From a virus (lineage: Duplodnaviria; Caudoviricetes), in the IMG/VR virus record IMGVR_UViG_3300027205_000002, positions 1 to 51,846 of that record: a stretch of DNA of 51,846 nt; one strand, 5' to 3'. Positions 1 to 8,403 of the stretch are shown piece after piece. Within the stretch, counting starts at the first letter, position 1. Every line of letters starts with the position of its first letter. Made by a program: the position numbers and the translations under genes. Under the pieces are notes generated by a model. That model ran no database searches, was not told the DNA's origin, and saw nothing but the letters and a program-made list of their open reading frames with translations.

Positions 1-10
1 CATAACCATT

Positions 11-124
11 ACACTACCACCTGACGCTTACAATGTCAAGCCAATCAAACAAATCCAACCGTAACATAAGTCACAAACAAATCCAACCAAAACACTTGAC
101 AACACCACACATACACGATAGACT
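11..124. promoter_or_regulatory. Divergent sigmaA promoter pair with central CRP-type box
   Basis: Minus TTGACA(39-34)-17-TAGTGT(16-11)-7-ATG(3); plus TTGACA(96-101)-17-TAGACT(119-124)-6-ATG(131); CGTAA-N6-TCACA at 60-75, 20 bp from each -35. Confidence 0.75.
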
Positions 125-130
125 AATCAT

Positions 131-340
131 ATGAACAAAACAACTACAGCACAATACACACCACAAGGGCTTATCGCCAAGGAAACCTACGACCTTATCG
201 TAGAAACAAACACCAACTTGTCAAAACTCGCATACAGCGAGGGACTGACCAAAAAGCAACTCAAAGCAATCAACAAGGCGTGGGTAGAGTTGAGTAAAAT
301 CAACGAAGCAGACGCAGACGACGACGACCCGTTCGCCTGA
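131..340 (+). CDS. hypothetical protein, leaderless
   Basis: ATG 6 nt after -10; acidic tail; followed by hairpin. Confidence 0.8.
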   Translation: MNKTTTAQYTPQGLIAKETYDLIVETNTNLSKLAYSEGLTKKQLKAINKAWVELSKINEADADDDDPFA

Positions 341-363
341 CCCACACATAGACCGCAAGGAAG

Positions 364-402
364 AGCCCCCACGACAACTTCGACCCGTCGTGGGGGTTTC
401 TT
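364..402 (+). terminator. intrinsic terminator-like hairpin
   Basis: AGCCCCCACGAC...GTCGTGGGGGTT then TCTT. Confidence 0.6.
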
Positions 403-534
403 GTACCCCGCCACCGACCAGCCCCGGCAGCGCGACACCCACACCCACACACAACCCCCCACACCCACAAACAAAAAACAACAACCCCTTGCCGGCTACA
501 AAAAGTAGACTCTACACTTATACCTCTCCGGCCA

Positions 535-599
535 TGTGACACACGACACATCCACAAAACCACACAAAGGTTGACAAATACATAAACACTCGCTATACT
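535..599 (+). promoter_or_regulatory. CRP-type box plus sigmaA promoter
   Basis: TGTGA-N6-ACACA 535-550, 20 bp gap, TTGACA(571)-17-TATACT(594). Confidence 0.7.
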
Positions 600-606
600 A
601 ATACAC

Positions 607-828
607 ATGACAAAGACACAAGCCGAGCGCACAGCGCAGGTAAATGACCACAAAGAGTTCATCGCCCTATGCGAGGCGTACGACACCCTTGAAGGTGAAG
701 CCAAGGACAAAGCAAAGGCTGACATCGCCGCCTATCTCGTCCGCTACCAAGAACTCTTGGAACTACCCAAGACTCTACACATGAGCGAGAACGAGTACGA
801 GGGTTGGCTAGAACGCCACCACCGCTAA
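607..828 (+). CDS. hypothetical protein, leaderless
   Basis: ATG 7 nt after TATACT. Confidence 0.8.
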   Translation: MTKTQAERTAQVNDHKEFIALCEAYDTLEGEAKDKAKADIAAYLVRYQELLELPKTLHMSENEYEGWLERHHR

Positions 829-835
829 GAGCGAA

Positions 836-853
836 CTGGGGGGAAACCCCCAG
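836..853 (+). terminator. hairpin after stop codon
   Basis: CTGGGGG-GAAA-CCCCCAG. Confidence 0.5.
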
Positions 854-1004
854 CCACCCGCCAACAAAAACGCCCGCTAATACAAAAGCAACGATTAGTG
901 GGTGCGTGCCGGAGTCCCGCTACCGACTTATCTCTTTGCTTTAATACGGGACTGTCTAGACGGCTAATCCCCCACCCCGTGTAGGGCAGGGGCATTGGCC
1001 TGAC

Positions 1005-1475
1005 TCACCAGCCTGCGAGTCTTGCCAGCAACCTCGCTAGGGGCGTATCAGCATCGTCTAGGTCATTGACTAGGGCGATGGACTCAGCGTCTAGGTCATT
1101 GACTGAGGAGACGAAATCAGCCTCAAAATCGTTGACGAGGGCAATGGACTCAGCCTCAAACTTGGCGAACGACTTGTCGCCATATCGGGCGACTGACTCG
1201 CTATGGAATACGACCGCAGGGAACTTGCTGTCAAACAGACCGTACATCGTACACAACATCCCTGAACTATAGAAGTAGTGAACGAGGCGGGCAGTTGCCG
1301 TGTAACGCTTGCGCTTGCCGTCGTGGGCGAACGATATTTCTACACGCTCACCATAGGGGGTTGTGTCTCCCCCGTGTCGTATATCCATCGTGGGGGAGTT
1401 CCACGCATAGGTGACCTTGCGGTCACGGTCGGTACGGGTGGCCTGCGAGAAACGCTCGGCGTGTGTGGTTGTCAT
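1005..1475 (-). CDS. hypothetical protein, leaderless (start revised to MTTTHAE)
   Basis: TTGCGT-17-TATACT-7-ATG(1475); internal near-duplication ESIALVND. Confidence 0.8.
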   Translation of the reverse strand: MTTTHAERFSQATRTDRDRKVTYAWNSPTMDIRHGGDTTPYGERVEISFAHDGKRKRYTATARLVHYFYSSGMLCTMYGLFDSKFPAVVFHSESVARYGDKSFAKFEAESIALVNDFEADFVSSVNDLDAESIALVNDLDDADTPLARLLARLAGW

Positions 1476-1482
1476 AGGTATT

Positions 1483-1576
1483 AGTATATCGTCTTGATAC
1501 AAGAAACGCAACCTATCCTACTATGAAATAAGTCACACAAATATGACTTGCTATTTTGGCCAATGGCCGTTATGCT
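1483..1576. promoter_or_regulatory. Divergent promoter pair with central CRP-type box
   Basis: TATGA-N6-TCACA 1522-1537, exactly 10 bp from minus -35 (1506-1511) and plus -35 TTGCTA (1548-1553). Confidence 0.8.
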
Positions 1577-1582
1577 AACACT

Positions 1583-1705
1583 ATGGAAAACGAAAACGAC
1601 CTCAACGACCCAGACCGCTACGACGCTCAGGGCTACCTAGACCCCGACAACGGGTGCTACGACCACGAAGGCAACTTCATCGGGCGACCCGTCAGCCATT
1701 GGTAA
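1583..1705 (+). CDS. 40-aa acidic peptide (not in ORF track)
   Basis: TATGCT-6-ATG; MENENDLNDPDRYDAQGYLDPDNGCYDHEGNFIGRPVSHW. Confidence 0.7.
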   Translation: MENENDLNDPDRYDAQGYLDPDNGCYDHEGNFIGRPVSHW

Positions 1706-1788
1706 CCCCTCAGGGGAATATAAACCAAACCCCCCATTCACTTAACATTCGCCCAACAGACAACACAGTCCCGGCGCCGGCATAAAAG

Positions 1789-1802
1789 CGAACAGGTGTT
1801 CG
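1789..1802. promoter_or_regulatory. LexA (SOS) box, Gram-positive/actinobacterial type
   Basis: CGAACAGGTGTTCG perfect CGAAC-N4-GTTCG. Confidence 0.75.
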
Positions 1803-1834
1803 GGGCTACTCGCCGTTACTTACCAGCGGTAAGT

Positions 1835-2014
1835 TCACTCCACCACCCGAAACACACGCACACCATCAACCCGACGCAGAAAAGTCCCACGCTCACGGAG
1901 CGACACACGCTGAAACTCACGCCCATCACGCACAAACACCAGCGTCACGGGCGCATCAACACGCACCTGATCACCCACACCAACACGCACACGCTCAAGC
2001 ATCTCCATATCCAT
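1835..2014 (-). CDS. hypothetical protein, leaderless
   Basis: TTGACA(2049-2044)-17-TAGAAT-6-ATG(2014). Confidence 0.7.
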   Translation of the reverse strand: MDMEMLERVRVGVGDQVRVDAPVTLVFVRDGREFQRVSLRERGTFLRRVDGVRVFRVVE

Positions 2015-2069
2015 ACACATATTCTACCCCAACACAAAACAAATGTCAACCTAATACACAAATAACCTA

Positions 2070-2085
2070 TATGAAACAAGTCACA
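2070..2085. promoter_or_regulatory. CRP-type box
   Basis: TATGA-AACAAG-TCACA, 20 bp from minus -35. Confidence 0.65.
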
Positions 2086-2180
2086 AACAATAACAAAAGT
2101 TCAAAAAAGTTTCAGAACGCAGACAAAGACGGTCTTTGGGGGTGGTTTTTAATCCTTTTCTGAGGATGGTTGGTTTTTCT

Positions 2181-2204
2181 TCAAGGAGTCACGGTGGTGG
2201 AAAG
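2181..2204 (+). repeat. 24-bp polar motif copy 1
   Basis: TCAA-N5-CACGGTGGTGGAAAG. Confidence 0.8.
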
Positions 2205-2277
2205 GGTTCTATGGTTTGTAGTGGGGTTATCTGTTTTAGAGATATAGGGTATCTTTTTTAGTGATATGGTGTTTATC

Positions 2278-2526
2278 TTACTTTGTAGGCGGTTGGGTAA
2301 TGTGTATCTCCCCGACTGCTAGCCAGCCCTGCCAGTGCGGTTCCCGCAGCCCCGTGAGGAGTATGTGGTCTGGTTTGTTGTTGTTTGGTGTGTGTATGAA
2401 GTGTGGTCCGTGTTCCCTAATGCGGTTACGGGTGCGTTGGGTTGCGGTGTGTGGGTTCGGTGCGATATGTACGGTTATTGGTTGTTCTGAGTCTTGTGTG
2501 ACTGCGGGACTCTCTGGCTGTTTCAT
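2278..2526 (-). CDS. hypothetical protein
   Basis: ORF with purine-rich RBS. Confidence 0.6.
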   Translation of the reverse strand: MKQPESPAVTQDSEQPITVHIAPNPHTATQRTRNRIREHGPHFIHTPNNNKPDHILLTGLREPHWQGWLAVGEIHITQPPTK

Positions 2527-2592
2527 GTCTCTCTCTCCCTAGGTAGATTCTGATACGGATTTCGTTTTCGTTGCTTTGTTACTGGTGCGTTT

Positions 2593-2967
2593 TTACTCTT
2601 GGGCGATGGGGGTGACGGTGATTGTTCCGCTTCCGTCGTGGTGCGAGAGTGCGCCTGTCAGGTGGTTTTCGTGGACTGTGAGTTCCAAGCGCCATTCTGT
2701 GCGGTCAGGCGTGATTGACTCCAGCAGTTTTTCGGGTGTTCGGGCGTGGAATGTTCCGCTAACTGGTCCGTCCCAGCGTGGGAATCCCTCAATACGAAAC
2801 TCTTGGTTGTTTTCGGTGAACAAGTGTTCCGTGATTTCCTGAAAATGCTCAACTTGGTCAGTCCAGCAGTCTCCCCAGCATTCGGGCGCTTCTTCCCAGT
2901 CGCCTGAGTCGTCGTTGAAGGTAACACAAATACAAGTGTTGGTGATTGTAGTGGTTGTTTTGTTCAT
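2593..2967 (-). CDS. hypothetical protein, leaderless
   Basis: TTGACA(3002-2997)-17-TATACT-6-ATG. Confidence 0.85.
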   Translation of the reverse strand: MNKTTTTITNTCICVTFNDDSGDWEEAPECWGDCWTDQVEHFQEITEHLFTENNQEFRIEGFPRWDGPVSGTFHARTPEKLLESITPDRTEWRLELTVHENHLTGALSHHDGSGTITVTPIAQE

Positions 2968-3047
2968 AGTGTTAGTATATCGCCTTTAGGAGTGTTTGTC
3001 AAGTGTTTGTCAAAAGAATAATAAGTATTTTTAGGGGGCGGGTTGGT

Positions 3048-3088
3048 TGTGTCACAAACTGCGGGGTGAATGTGTCATAAACTGCGGG
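3048..3088 (+). repeat. 18-bp direct repeat
   Basis: TGTGTCAYAAACTGCGGG at 3048 and 3071. Confidence 0.8.
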
Positions 3089-3141
3089 TTTATGGGTGGG
3101 TAAAAGGTGCGCATTGTTGATGCGGGCGGAGCCCCGTGCTA

Positions 3142-3513
3142 TCACTGGCCAACAAGTACCTTCGGGTGTCCGTTATGGATTGTGCCTGTGAGTGTCTTGG
3201 CTTGGTGTATTGGCTGGTCAGCGGACATAAAGGTGGTATGGGCGTAGGGGTTGTAGGCGACCGGGACTGTCCCAGTGGAGGGTGTGGCTGTCCATACTCC
3301 TCTGAGGTAGGCGTGTACATTCTTGCGTTGCTCTCGCAGGACTCGCTGTCTGCCTCTCTCTGAGACGATGAGGGTAACTGCGGTTAAGCCGATGTTTTGG
3401 GCGTGTGCTATCACTCGTCCGTAGGAGCCCCGAGCGCGCGACTTGACGGAAAAACACTTCTTGTGGAGGTTCCAATAAATGTCTACTGGGGTGCCATCGG
3501 GGATGTCAGTCAT
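3142..3513 (-). CDS. conserved phage hypothetical protein (YWNLHKKCFSV...RKNVHA motif)
   Basis: Motif recognised from phage early genes; GAAAGG RBS before ATG 3513. Confidence 0.8.
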   Translation of the reverse strand: MTDIPDGTPVDIYWNLHKKCFSVKSRARGSYGRVIAHAQNIGLTAVTLIVSERGRQRVLREQRKNVHAYLRGVWTATPSTGTVPVAYNPYAHTTFMSADQPIHQAKTLTGTIHNGHPKVLVGQ

Positions 3514-3529
3514 CTTCCGAGTGTACCTT

Positions 3530-3625
3530 TCAGCAGTCACACGCACCCAATGGGCGGATTTTGCCTCGGAGGTGTTCGCAGTCCTCGCAGGTTTCGTAGG
3601 GGATGGTGTCTTCTTCTGTTTCCAT
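3530..3625 (-). CDS. 31-aa Cys-rich peptide (not in track)
   Basis: GAAAGG RBS; METEEDTIPYETCEDCEHLRGKIRPLGACDC. Confidence 0.5.
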   Translation of the reverse strand: METEEDTIPYETCEDCEHLRGKIRPLGACDC

Positions 3626-3636
3626 GATCGTGCCTT

Positions 3637-3807
3637 TCAGTCTTCGTATTGGCGGTTGCTTCGGCGGACTCGGTAGAACTTGCCGTCCTTGCGGAGGGCG
3701 AGGTCAGGGTCAATGGCGAGTCCGAGGCGGATGTCTTCGTTCATGTCGTCTTCTTCTGAGTCAAACATTTCGTCAAACATTTCGGTGATGATGTCGGTGA
3801 TTTCCAT
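3637..3807 (-). CDS. acidic hypothetical protein, leaderless
   Basis: TTGCAA-17-TAGAGT-7-ATG(3807). Confidence 0.75.
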   Translation of the reverse strand: MEITDIITEMFDEMFDSEEDDMNEDIRLGLAIDPDLALRKDGKFYRVRRSNRQYED

Positions 3808-3814
3808 AAGTGTT

Positions 3815-4033
3815 ACTCTATCGGTCTTTGGGGGTGATTGCAACTTTATCGCTAGGTCAAATGTCACATAGGAAATACTTGACATAGGCTAATAGTTCTG
3901 CTAGACTCGCGCGGTTGGGTGGCCGGCCAGATTTCGGGCATTCTATCAGATTATTAGCATAAAAGCAACTTTATTGTGAGTGAAAAATGTCACATAGAAT
4001 AAGGTTGTGTCAGGGTAGTATTGGCGATAGAGT
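3815..4033. promoter_or_regulatory. Four-promoter module with two CRP-type boxes
   Basis: Minus 3815-3843, box 3853-3868, plus 3879-3907; minus 3940-3968, box AGTGA-N6-TCACA 3979-3994, plus 4005-4033. Confidence 0.75.
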
Positions 4034-4040
4034 ACTACTT

Positions 4041-4334
4041 ATGAAAACACAACACAAATACCAATATGTCCCTACCAGCGAAGCAATGACGGTTGATTGC
4101 GAGGGCTCTACTGCCATCGCTGAGTTCACTTTCAGCCCCAATGTTGCCTCTGAGCAGGTGTGGGTACAAGTTCAGTACCGTTCAGGCGGAACTTACTGCT
4201 ACTTCGTTCCCTTCGGCATTTTCTACAGCAACCTTCACCTCGCTAGCGTCGGCAAGTTCGTCGCCACCGTCGTCAAGGCTCACGCCACCTTCACCTCAGA
4301 CCGTGACCGTGCGGGCAAGGCGGTCGCCTGCTGA
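4041..4334 (+). CDS. KTSC-domain-like protein
   Basis: STAI...VQYRSGGTYCYFVP...ASVGKF fits KTSC pattern; leaderless. Confidence 0.7.
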   Translation: MKTQHKYQYVPTSEAMTVDCEGSTAIAEFTFSPNVASEQVWVQVQYRSGGTYCYFVPFGIFYSNLHLASVGKFVATVVKAHATFTSDRDRAGKAVAC

Positions 4335-4501
4335 CCCTCAAGTAGAGGTTGAGGGTTTGCTACGCTATCACCTGAGAGTTTGGTGGTAGTGTCATAGGGT
4401 CGGTGTGGTTTGCAGGTCGGAGCCAGCGCCCCCACATCACAAGCAAGGAGTCCTTCGCCCAAGTGGTGAGGGACTCTTTGTCGTTCCGCCCTCGGTAGCC
4501 C

Positions 4502-4530
4502 CGAACATTTGTTCGCCGAACATCCGTTCG
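4502..4530. promoter_or_regulatory. Tandem LexA boxes
   Basis: CGAACATTTGTTCG (4502) and CGAACATCCGTTCG (4517), 1 bp apart. Confidence 0.8.
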
Positions 4531-4582
4531 CCCGTTTCGTAAACTGCGGGGCTGGTAGGTGGAGGTGTGTCGGTATACAAAA

Positions 4583-4622
4583 GAACCCCACGACAGCCCA
4601 AGGGACCAGCCGTGGGGGTTCT
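4583..4622. terminator. hairpin between convergent genes
   Basis: GAACCCCACG...CGTGGGGGTTC. Confidence 0.45.
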
Positions 4623-4642
4623 CCCTTACGGAGGAGGTTGCT

Positions 4643-4867
4643 TTAGCCTCTACCAATGACGACGGCTTCATCAGCCATACGAACCATCTCTTTGGTCATA
4701 TTGAGACCGCCAAGAATAGCCAAGCCAATGGCTCGCTTTAGTTCGTTGGGCGTTGCCAGTGGCAAGTAGTTGTCAATGGCTTCCCAAGCCTTCAAACCCG
4801 CAAGGATTTCCTCGTGGGTCTTGTAGATGTATGTCTTGTTTTGCTCTGTGAGTTCTAGTGTTTTCAT
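4643..4867 (-). CDS. hypothetical protein, leaderless
   Basis: TTGCGG-17-TAGAAT-7-ATG(4867). Confidence 0.8.
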   Translation of the reverse strand: MKTLELTEQNKTYIYKTHEEILAGLKAWEAIDNYLPLATPNELKRAIGLAILGGLNMTKEMVRMADEAVVIGRG

Positions 4868-4874
4868 AAGAGTC

Positions 4875-4976
4875 ATTCTAATGGTTGTTACTGTAAACCG
4901 CAACCTCTATTTGCTTTATTTGTGTGATAAAAGTCACACAGAATAACTTGCTTTTAGACTAACTATCCTGTAGAGT
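4875..4976. promoter_or_regulatory. Divergent promoters with perfect CRP box
   Basis: TGTGA-TAAAAG-TCACA 4923-4938; gaps 19 and 9 bp to the -35 elements. Confidence 0.8.
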
Positions 4977-4983
4977 ACTTGAC

Positions 4984-5268
4984 ATGACAAAAAACACCGC
5001 TGACTGCTTTGCAGAAGCAAATGTTTGGAACACTCAACCATACGAGAAGGCAGTCGCTCACGCCCGTGATCTTCTTGAAGCCCTCGCCCAGTGGGGCACC
5101 GATGGCGACGATCTCTGGTCAGGTATCGCCGACGATCTCTACCCTGCCCTTATGGCGCTCGTCTCTGAAGGCGCAAGTTTCGGTCTCACCGACTGCGCCT
5201 GCGGACCTCGCTACTCAGACCTCACCAACCCACAACACGGAAAAGTTGCTTTCGGGCAACCCAACTGA
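4984..5268 (+). CDS. hypothetical protein, leaderless
   Basis: TTGCTT-17-TAGAGT-7-ATG. Confidence 0.75.
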   Translation: MTKNTADCFAEANVWNTQPYEKAVAHARDLLEALAQWGTDGDDLWSGIADDLYPALMALVSEGASFGLTDCACGPRYSDLTNPQHGKVAFGQPN

Positions 5269-5281
5269 TAGGATACTCCCC

Positions 5282-5584
5282 ATGACAACGATGCTCACCA
5301 CCACAGAAACCGAAGCCCTCGTCGCAGACGCTCACGCTGTTTGCGCCCTACTCCCTGCTCACCTCGGACCGAACAAGACCCAATCACAGATACTCACCGA
5401 ATGCGAACTCATCGCCAAAGTTTGGAAAACTCTCCACTCGGTCTTTGATGTCCATACTCACGCCCTGCCACTTGATCAAGAAGAAGTGATGCGACTCCAA
5501 AACACGCTCAAGTCAATCAACGCCATTGACTACGGGCGCAAGGGGTCTTTCTCGCCAAGTTGGACATGGTACGAACTCGTCTGA
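5282..5584 (+). CDS. hypothetical protein, leaderless (start revised)
   Basis: TTGCTT(5246)-17-TAGGAT-7-ATG(5282). Confidence 0.75.
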   Translation: MTTMLTTTETEALVADAHAVCALLPAHLGPNKTQSQILTECELIAKVWKTLHSVFDVHTHALPLDQEEVMRLQNTLKSINAIDYGRKGSFSPSWTWYELV

Positions 5585-5772
5585 GCAGGGCGGCCCGACC
5601 GTCAGAAGTTACTCGGAGGCTACGGCCTGCCACTCGGAGTTAGAAATGACACCGACTCAAAGTTAGAAAAAAGACTCGGCGACAGTAGCGTCAGTATGTC
5701 AAATTATGTTAAACACAAACATACTGTTGTAGCCTACAAGTATTAGCATAACCCTCTAGTAGAGGTTGAGAG

Positions 5773-5976
5773 TTAGTCGAGACCCTCAGACCAGCGATGC
5801 ATCTCACCAATGGTCTTGCCTTGATTGAACTGAGCCGTGCCAGCATTCCGCACCTGCAGGTCTAGCCCCGATGATAGTGAAGCGAGCATTCCCTTGATCT
5901 CGTTCAGCGTTTGACGAAGCAAAACAATCTCGCGCTCTAATCTATCCAATCGTTGAGATAGCAATTCGTCGTCCAT
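5773..5976 (-). CDS. coiled-coil hypothetical protein
   Basis: Heptad Leu pattern; TAATGT 6 nt upstream of ATG. Confidence 0.7.
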   Translation of the reverse strand: MDDELLSQRLDRLEREIVLLRQTLNEIKGMLASLSSGLDLQVRNAGTAQFNQGKTIGEMHRWSEGLD

Positions 5977-6014
5977 ACCCAGACATTAGCGTAAGCCGGG
6001 GCTGCGTAGGGAGA

Positions 6015-6221
6015 CTACCCTCGGATTGTTTCCACCGTGTCGCACAACTTTGAGATGTCAATGCCGTAGTGGTACAGCATCATATTTTTGGCGAGGTCTG
6101 TGGCGACTGTTTCTAGTTTGTCGTTGTCAGCATCAGCGATGTCTGGTTCTAGTAAGTCAAGTTCTACGCCGACATTCATCGTGAAGTGGTCGGCTATGAA
6201 AGTAACTGTGTACGGTGTCAT
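6015..6221 (-). CDS. hypothetical protein
   Basis: ATGA coupling to upstream gene. Confidence 0.7.
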   Translation of the reverse strand: MTPYTVTFIADHFTMNVGVELDLLEPDIADADNDKLETVATDLAKNMMLYHYGIDISKLCDTVETIRG

Positions 6222-6421
6222 CGCCATACGCCTGTTTTGATACGGACAAGGCTGGTTGCCTCGGCTCGGGAGCCCCGTACGCCAAGTAGTTCGCCTTGTG
6301 TGTCGTAAGCGACCCAAGTGTCATAACGATATGACCACCATCGCACTCGTGCTGGTATCAGATAACCGACTTTGGGTGTCTTATATTTTTTGCCTGCGTA
6401 GATGGTTGCGAAAGTCGCCAT
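6218..6421 (-). CDS. hypothetical protein
   Basis: TAATG coupling. Confidence 0.7.
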   Translation of the reverse strand: MATFATIYAGKKYKTPKVGYLIPARVRWWSYRYDTWVAYDTQGELLGVRGSRAEATSLVRIKTGVWR

Positions 6422-6762
6422 TATTCGTCGTCCTCGTCGTCGTCCTGTTCGTCGTCGTAATCCCAAGAGTCACCCTGACTAATCAGACTAATGTAACCAG
6501 CGTTCGGGTCGGCGTGATTAGTGGCGACTGCGCTAACAAACCTCAGACCGCAAGAGTTGGTGTACCAACAGTCAAGTGCGCTAAGCATTTCGTCGCTCGT
6601 CCCCCGTACGGAGTATTCGTAGTTTTCCTCAAACCACTGTGCCTGCTCGTCGTCTAGAGCCACATAGATTTTATGGCAACCGTCCCAAGCGACAAGGAGA
6701 GCATCGCCCATAGCGTCTGCGACCTTATCGGCAACCAATGGGTGCAAGTCTCGGAGTTCCAT
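6421..6762 (-). CDS. hypothetical protein (WDGCHKIY motif)
   Basis: TAATG coupling; acidic tail. Confidence 0.8.
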   Translation of the reverse strand: MELRDLHPLVADKVADAMGDALLVAWDGCHKIYVALDDEQAQWFEENYEYSVRGTSDEMLSALDCWYTNSCGLRFVSAVATNHADPNAGYISLISQGDSWDYDDEQDDDEDDE

Positions 6763-7031
6763 TAGAGCGTTACCGCCACTCCGTCAGCGGACTTCTTGAC
6801 CACCAATGTGGCTAGTGGCTTGACAAACAGGCTAAGAAACTTGCCTGCCGAGTCGTAGTTGGCGAGTGTGGCGAGCAGGTTGCCCTCGCTTACTGTGTAG
6901 ATGTATGTCTGCTCTGTGTTGCTCTTGAACCGAGCAATGACGATACTGTCGTCAATGATGTTCAGGCTCTCCAACGCTACGCTGGTTGAGCAATCTACTG
7001 TGACCGTATTTGTGGTGGTGGTGATTTTCAT
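6762..7031 (-). CDS. KTSC-domain-like protein, paralog of 4041-4334
   Basis: TVDC.S..., ARFKS...YIYTV...SAGKFL; TATAAT-6-ATG. Confidence 0.65.
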   Translation of the reverse strand: MKITTTTNTVTVDCSTSVALESLNIIDDSIVIARFKSNTEQTYIYTVSEGNLLATLANYDSAGKFLSLFVKPLATLVVKKSADGVAVTL

Positions 7032-7037
7032 ATCTCC

Positions 7038-7267
7038 ATTATACACCCGTTAGGCTAGGAGTCAATAGGTTTTAGTGATTTTCTTTGTGGCAGATGTCAC
7101 ATAGGATAAGGTTGCTTTTATCATAACAATCGGTTAGACTAGCGTTTTTTCTGCGCCGGCGTCAGTGATCGCGCATTATAACCATTACTAACCTATAAGT
7201 CAAGTTATTCTAATATGATAAATGTCACACGGGAATACTTGCGTTACGGCGAGATAGACGATAGGAT
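7038..7267. promoter_or_regulatory. Four-promoter module with two CRP-type boxes
   Basis: Minus 7038-7065, box 7086-7101, plus 7112-7140; minus 7175-7203, box 7214-7229, plus 7239-7267. Confidence 0.75.
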
Positions 7268-7274
7268 ATCTCTT

Positions 7275-7508
7275 ATGAAAACAAACACCACAATCAGTGA
7301 ACTTGCCAGCCTTATCCTTGATGGCTATTGGACTCTCTGCTCAGGCGGGGAAGCCATTGAGGCAGCCATTAGCGATTACCTTAGTCGCACGCCCGAAAGC
7401 GGTATGCTCCCTTGGGGCATTGACGAGGACACGCCCGTCAGCCCATTAGAGTTTCTCTCAGCCATTGAGGAACTCATTGGGTGGCTCAGAGAGAACGGCT
7501 CACTGTAA
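7275..7508 (+). CDS. hypothetical protein, paralog of 13752-14081
   Basis: ELA..ILDGY.TLCS...AI shared; leaderless. Confidence 0.8.
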   Translation: MKTNTTISELASLILDGYWTLCSGGEAIEAAISDYLSRTPESGMLPWGIDEDTPVSPLEFLSAIEELIGWLRENGSL

Positions 7509-7885
7509 TGGGCGCCAGAGGACATATCGGTATCGTTCACAGCAACAATCCGACCCCAATCTATTTCTACACTCATTGGCAGGGGTTTAGTGTTTGCTCA
7601 ACTCTCGCTATGGGATTAGCGAAAGCGAAAGAGGAAGGCAGGCTCACCGACGAAACTTACGCCACTCGTATCATCTTTGATGTTTTGACGGGTTGTACGG
7701 GTGATAGCACGGGCTACGGAATAATGATCGGCGACCCAGCGGGCGACAATGAGTACGATATCCCGACGGTTTTTTGGGAACAAAACTGCGCAGAGCCATT
7801 TGTGGTTTACGCAGACCGCCGATACAGCGCAGACGACTTTATCGCTCTGACACCGCTTGGCGGGCGTGAAGGTGTGCCGTTGTAA
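7508..7885 (+). CDS. conserved phage hypothetical protein (MG.R...IY.Y.HW.G)
   Basis: TAATG coupling; motif. Confidence 0.8.
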   Translation: MGARGHIGIVHSNNPTPIYFYTHWQGFSVCSTLAMGLAKAKEEGRLTDETYATRIIFDVLTGCTGDSTGYGIMIGDPAGDNEYDIPTVFWEQNCAEPFVVYADRRYSADDFIALTPLGGREGVPL

Positions 7886-8012
7886 CTAGGGCGAAACTTT
7901 ATAGCCCACACGCAGGGGTTTCGCAACTACACAAACAATGACAAATTAGGGGTGGCGACACTCCCTCTTTTGTAGCCCCGTGAGCGGTGATATTGGGAGT
8001 GATAGCACGGCA

Positions 8013-8026
8013 CGAACAGATGTTCG
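8013..8026. promoter_or_regulatory. LexA box
   Basis: CGAACAGATGTTCG between convergent genes. Confidence 0.75.
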
Positions 8027-8045
8027 GGGCTGCTAGTGCGGGCAG

Positions 8046-8252
8046 TTAGTCACGCAGACGACGGAACCACTCCACTGATCGGTTGATTGCGTTGCTTGCG
8101 CTGATGTGCTTGCGCTTGCGGTCAATGCGCTCGGCGAGTTCAAGGATTTGTACGCCTCGTGTGATGCCGTACTTCTTGATGAGTGTCTCGGTGAGTTCTT
8201 CGCGCTCGTAGCGTGAGAGTTGCTTGATGGACTTGGTGGTGGTGATGTTCAT
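8046..8252 (-). CDS. basic hypothetical protein
   Basis: MNITTT start; non-sigmaA upstream motif. Confidence 0.75.
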   Translation of the reverse strand: MNITTTKSIKQLSRYEREELTETLIKKYGITRGVQILELAERIDRKRKHISASNAINRSVEWFRRLRD

Positions 8253-8260
8253 ACTTGTAA

Positions 8261-8288
8261 AACGATCCTGGTGAGAGAAAATGTGCGG
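8261..8288 (-). promoter_or_regulatory. Candidate alternative-sigma promoter
   Basis: CCGCAC-N18-CGTT-N8-ATG, same geometry at 14937-14964. Confidence 0.55.
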
Positions 8289-8403
8289 GGGTTTAGAAAC
8301 TTTTTTGGGTTTCTATTCTCTATAAGAGTCGTTCGTATGAGTTATGTCAGAAATATCTTCAGAAAAGATTGCTCGGGGCTACGGCCCAGACGATTTTTAT
8401 TAC

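Noticed and set aside
2817-2830. GAAC-N4-GTTC inside a CDS
   Set aside because: Flanks mismatch and it is explained by coding sequence; not counted as a LexA box.
5687-5714. dif-like site (TTATGTTAAAC; also TTATGTTAAAT at 38956)
   Set aside because: Only the XerD-like arm matches; no convincing XerC arm.
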